A DNA stretch of 64,000 nucleotides, taken from NCBI GenBank assembly GCA_001244265.2, contig CDLV01000004.1, forward strand, positions 186,001-250,000, read 5' to 3'. Position numbers and translations under genes: made by a program. The notes beneath the pieces were generated by a model. That model ran no database searches. It had not been told where the DNA came from and saw only the letters and a list, made by a program, of their open reading frames with translations. This stretch comes from Microbotryum violaceum. Its lineage: Eukaryota. Positions 56,555 through 64,000 of the stretch are shown here, in pieces; within the stretch, counting starts at the first letter, position 1; every line of letters starts with the position of its first letter.

Positions 56555-59500
56555 TTAAGAGCCGAGGAGTATTTGTCCCTTCAAGCCAGCCTTGCGGAGG
56601 GCATCAATCTGTCGGAAATTGGGAAAAGAGTTATCTTACCGTCTTCGTACCCCAGCTCACCTCGGAATATGGTGCAGCTATACCAAGATGCCATGGCAAT
56701 TGTCCATGCTTTTGGCGCACCGGATCTGTTTATCACAATGACCTGCAATCCCGCCTGGCCAGAGATCGTAAACGCGTTGTTGCCAGGCCAAACCGCTTCG
56801 AATTGTCCCGACATTGTCGCACGAGTTTTCCAGGGCAAGCCCACTGCAAGGCCTGAGGCCTTTGCCCGAGGTACAATGGAAGGCGATAGAACTTTTGGCT
56901 TAGTTGAATAGCTTGCGCGCGCCTAGAACCTCTCTTGGCTTTCGCCAGCTCACTGACCCGAGGTTCTAGGTGGGTGCCCCTTTTCTCATATGTGTAGTAT
57001 GCTAGCTCACTGACCCGAGGTTCTAGTGAATTACTATTGTTTGATCCTGTCTATCGTTCTGGAGCACCGCTGCACGCGGTGCTTCCACTCACAGCTTGCC
57101 TTCATGACATCTATGGAGACCATGGCAAACCCGGTGTGTTTGACAGGTGAGTTCTATTGCATTGGTTTCAGGGTATTCTGTGTGCTGATGTACACCCCAA
57201 ATATTGTCCATTATTCAGGTCGTTTCCCACGTCCACGTAATCGAGTTTCAGAAGAAGGGCCTCCCACACGCCCACATCCGGATGACAAACCAAAGACGAA
57301 CGAAGACTTTGACCGAATTGTCACAGCGGAGATTCCGGATTGAGAAAAGTTTCCGACATTATTTGAGACGATCACCAATTCCATGCTCCATCGTCGATGC
57401 GACCTCCCCGGACAACATACCTGTCACGACAAGAATGGAAAATGCTCGAAGGGATTCCCAAAGCAATTTCAGGATCGCACTACCAGTGAAGACGGGGGCT
57501 ATCCGCATTACCGTTGCCGCAATCTTCACCAGTTCATCAAGTTTCCGGGAACTGGACAGGAGGAGATCTATACCGATGCAAACATTGTACCAACTAACCC
57601 GTGGTTGGCTTTGAAATACAATTGCCATATCAATGTGGAAATTGCGAACGGAGTTGCGGCGGTCAAGTATATTTACAAGGGTCATGACCGGACTTTATTC
57701 ACCGTGGAAGCAGGTGCGCCACGTGACAAAGTGAAAGACTTCCTTGATGTGCAATATGTCTGTGCTCCAGAAGCAATGCACCGACTGTTTCAATACCAAA
57801 TGCACGGTCACAAACCAGCCGTCACACGTCTTGCACTGCACCTGCCTAACAAACAACAAGCCCGATTTGATCCTGAAGACGGACCACCAACTATGGCAGC
57901 TCCACCAGAGACGACTCTTACGGCACTTGTGAAGCTTTGCGCCACAGTTCCACCGGTACCCAAGGTACAAAACTTACTTTATCTCGACGTGCCCCGGTCT
58001 TTTCGTTGGAATTTAAACAAGCGAGCTTGGCAAGAACGGAAAACGAACACACCCGCCATTGGCCGTATGTACTTCTGCGGTCCGGAAGCCGGTGAACGGT
58101 ATTACTTGCGGTTACTTCTACTCAACGTCTCGTCGCCGACATCCTTCGCTCATTTGAGAACTTTCAACGGCACGGAATTTAAGACTTTCCGGGAAGCATG
58201 TGTCGAACGAGGATTACTGCGAGACAACACCGAGGCAAACCGGTGCCTCACGGAAGCGGCCGTCTTTCATTCCGGTCACCAGCTTCGCCATCTATTTGCG
58301 ATGTTGTTGACCGCTGATGGCGGTGTCTCGAATGCAGCGAAATTATGGGAGACACACTACAACAGTCTGTCGGACGATGCCAAGTACCATCTGCGGATGC
58401 GACATGGACAGTCTTTCATCACTCCAGAACATATTTCTAGCTGGGCACTACTCCAACTGGAGCAGATCCTCCAACGTTTAGGGACCAGTCTCTGTGATCA
58501 CAGACTGCTTTTGCCGACAGCGACGTTCGAAAACGAGCTCAAGCTATACTAATGATGGAAGAGCGGTCAACACCGGAAGAAATTGAGCGAATGAACCGGG
58601 AGTGGATGAAAAATCTGGAGGTGTTCACGGTTGAGCAAAAGCACGCATTCAACACAATTTGCGATTCAGTATTCAATGTCTGAGGCAAGACGTTCTTCAT
58701 CAACGCACCAGGTGGAACTGGCAAAACGTTCCTGGAGACTACAATTCTTTCGCGGTTTCGTTCCGAGAACAAATACGCTCTGGCTGTTGCTTCATCCGGC
58801 ATTGCTGCGCTATTACTTCCGAAAGGCAGAACGGCACATTTGCGCTTCAAGATTCCGATCGACATATTCGATGACTCGACCTGCAACATTCACAAACAAG
58901 GACAGCTGGCGGAACTTTTTCGAGTGTGCGAGCTCATTGTATGGGATGAAGCGCCGATGCAGCACCGTCGTCACTTTGAGCTGGTGAACAAGATGCTGCA
59001 AGTCGTCCGTACGTCTTCGGCAAGATTTGGTGGGATTACAGTTCTCCTGGCAGGTACATATCAATGACTACCATGGCATATTGGACTTGGCTAATGAACT
59101 TGCGTATTTCAACTGCAGGTGACCCCAGACAATGCCTCCCTGTTGTACCCAAGGCTTCACTTACTCAGATCTTGGATGCCTGCATCATGAATGCGGATTT
59201 CTGGGGAGAAGTTCAAATACTCCATCTGTCAGTAAGTCCATTCATTTGATTCATTTGTGAAAAGTTTGACAATGCGAGACTGAATTGCGACCTAGAGGCC
59301 TTTCTACTGAGACAAACATGCGTCTTCTTGCTGCTGTACACCGCATGACAGAAACGGAACTGGCCAAGTCACAGGAGTTTGCAGATTGGCTTCTGAAAGT
59401 TGGTGATGGTTCCGCCAACATTGATGGTGGAGATACCATCACTCTTCCTGACCACCTGTGCCTCCCAGTCGACTCGAGACACAAGATTGGCTTGATCAAC

Positions 59501-60803
59501 CACGTATATCCTCTCTCTGCGGATGATCTCACCCTGATGTCAACCGAAAACGAAGTTGCTTATTTCCGGGATCGCGCAATTTTGGCCCCAAAGAATGCGA
59601 TGTCGATGAACTCAACAACATGATCATCGAACTGTAAGGCCAGTCCCTTCACAACTGGACTACACAGCCAAAAAGGCTAACTATTTCAATCAATGCAGAT
59701 TGAAATCAGAAGGGAGCTATATAAGGCGCAAGGTAACTTTAATCCTTGCACGAACGTCTTCCCGGCGACGCTCAGACATTTTACAGCGCTAACTCCGTAG
59801 ACAAGGAGGACGGATCACTGTATCCGACAGAGTATCTCAACACTCTTAACATTCCCGGGATGCCACTCCATGCAGTTCGATTGAAGGTCGGCTGCACGGC
59901 CATGCTGCTGCGCAATTTGGACCCTGGCGCGGGGCTGTGTAATGGCAGCCGGCTGTTGTTGACACGGTTGCAATCCCGCGTACTAGAAGCAATCATCTTA
60001 ACTGGCAATCATGACGGACAAACCATTCTGCTGCCGCGGATCACCCTCAAGAATGCATCTTCAGCAGATCTTCCGCTCACCCTCTACCGAACACAGTTCC
60101 CCATCCGGCTGGCCATAGCGATGACAATCAACAAATCACAAGGACAGTCTTTGGGTCACGTTGGGGTGTGTCTGGAAAACCCTGTCTTCTCACATGGACA
60201 GTTATACATTGCACTGTCCCGAGCATCAAACGTACATGGTGTTAAGGTTCTTCTGCCAACTACTACTGGCACTCAACAGCATGCTTCCCGCAACGTCACT
60301 GACAACATTGTGTTCACAAGGATATTTGACTTGATGGCCTAAAATATCGAAGCTACGTCTAAATATTTGTGTACCCCAAGCAAAAACTAAACAAACCTTG
60401 GCAAGCTTTGTACGAGTCTTGGGAATTGAGCACGCCGAGCACAACAACCGGACCCGTAGCTGGCAGAGGCTTCGACAAGGTTCGCCAATGCAGTGGCCCT
60501 CGGTGCCGCGCTTTGCACTTTCAACAGGCTTGATGTGCCACACGGTTAGAAAATTTGGTTGCCTAACAAAAGATTTTTCGCAAACACGGTAACATCATAA
60601 ATCAACAGTACTTCATACGAAATATTTGCCGAGGTTACATGTTCTCCAGTCGACTTGTGCTTCTCACACCGATATTCTTCTACAATATTCCATGCCTGCA
60701 TAGACGGTTCAAAAGGCAGTTTCTCTTCTCCTCGCGCTTTTGTCTTCCTACCATCACATCGCCTTGAACCTTCACCGACCACCATGCTTAGTTGATGGCT
60801 ACC
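56555..60803 (+). mobile_element. Remnant of an autonomous-type Helitron (copy E) with Rep and Pif1 helicase pseudogene (about 56573-60342)
   Basis: ILPSSY.SSPR.M...YQDAMAI...G.PDLFITMTCNP.WPEI; HUH motif [56 protein letters not shown]. Internal stops; neither terminus visible. Confidence 0.93.
56845..57087. mobile_element. Solo LTR (243 bp) in the Helitron Rep gene
   Basis: TG...CA ends; TSD CCCAC/CTCAC (one mismatch). Removing it restores [16 protein letters not shown]. Internal direct repeat gctcactgacccgaggttctag. Confidence 0.8.

Positions 60804-64000
<3,197 letters not shown>

Overview
Eukaryotic, intron-rich basidiomycete DNA. Protein style and TE families suggest Pucciniomycotina, plausibly Microbotryum; this is inference, not checked. 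Bases 1-13.8 kb are gene-dense: a polyQ/LIM-binding-domain co-regulator, a heme catalase, a degenerate gene ending in an inverted paralogous duplication, a transmembrane RING-H2 ligase and ATG7. From about 14 kb the window is mostly nested transposons, with three host islands: PAN3, a PY-motif membrane protein and a 5'-less auxin-efflux-carrier-like gene. Elements delimited by termini and/or TSDs: two near-identical L1/Tx1-like LINEs; two nested hAT-type MITEs (8-bp TSDs); a CACTG/EnSpm element (3-bp TSD) with a divergent second gene; three Copia elements with half-tRNA primer sites; two solo LTRs; five Helitron pieces; a DIRS/Ngaro RNase H remnant; and a CATCAGCAACTTTGCCACT-terminal TIR family. 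The most notable observations are short (T)AGTTTTAAGGA/CTAGTTAGGA repeat tracts at Helitron junctions, a mosaic Helitron with unpaired flanks (ectopic recombination), a PAN3 whose CCCH finger seems replaced by a 7-nt microexon, several long fold-back structures and CpG-biased decay of older elements. No prokaryotic-type system (CRISPR etc.) and no rRNA or tRNA gene was seen. I found no clear-cut new multi-gene system.
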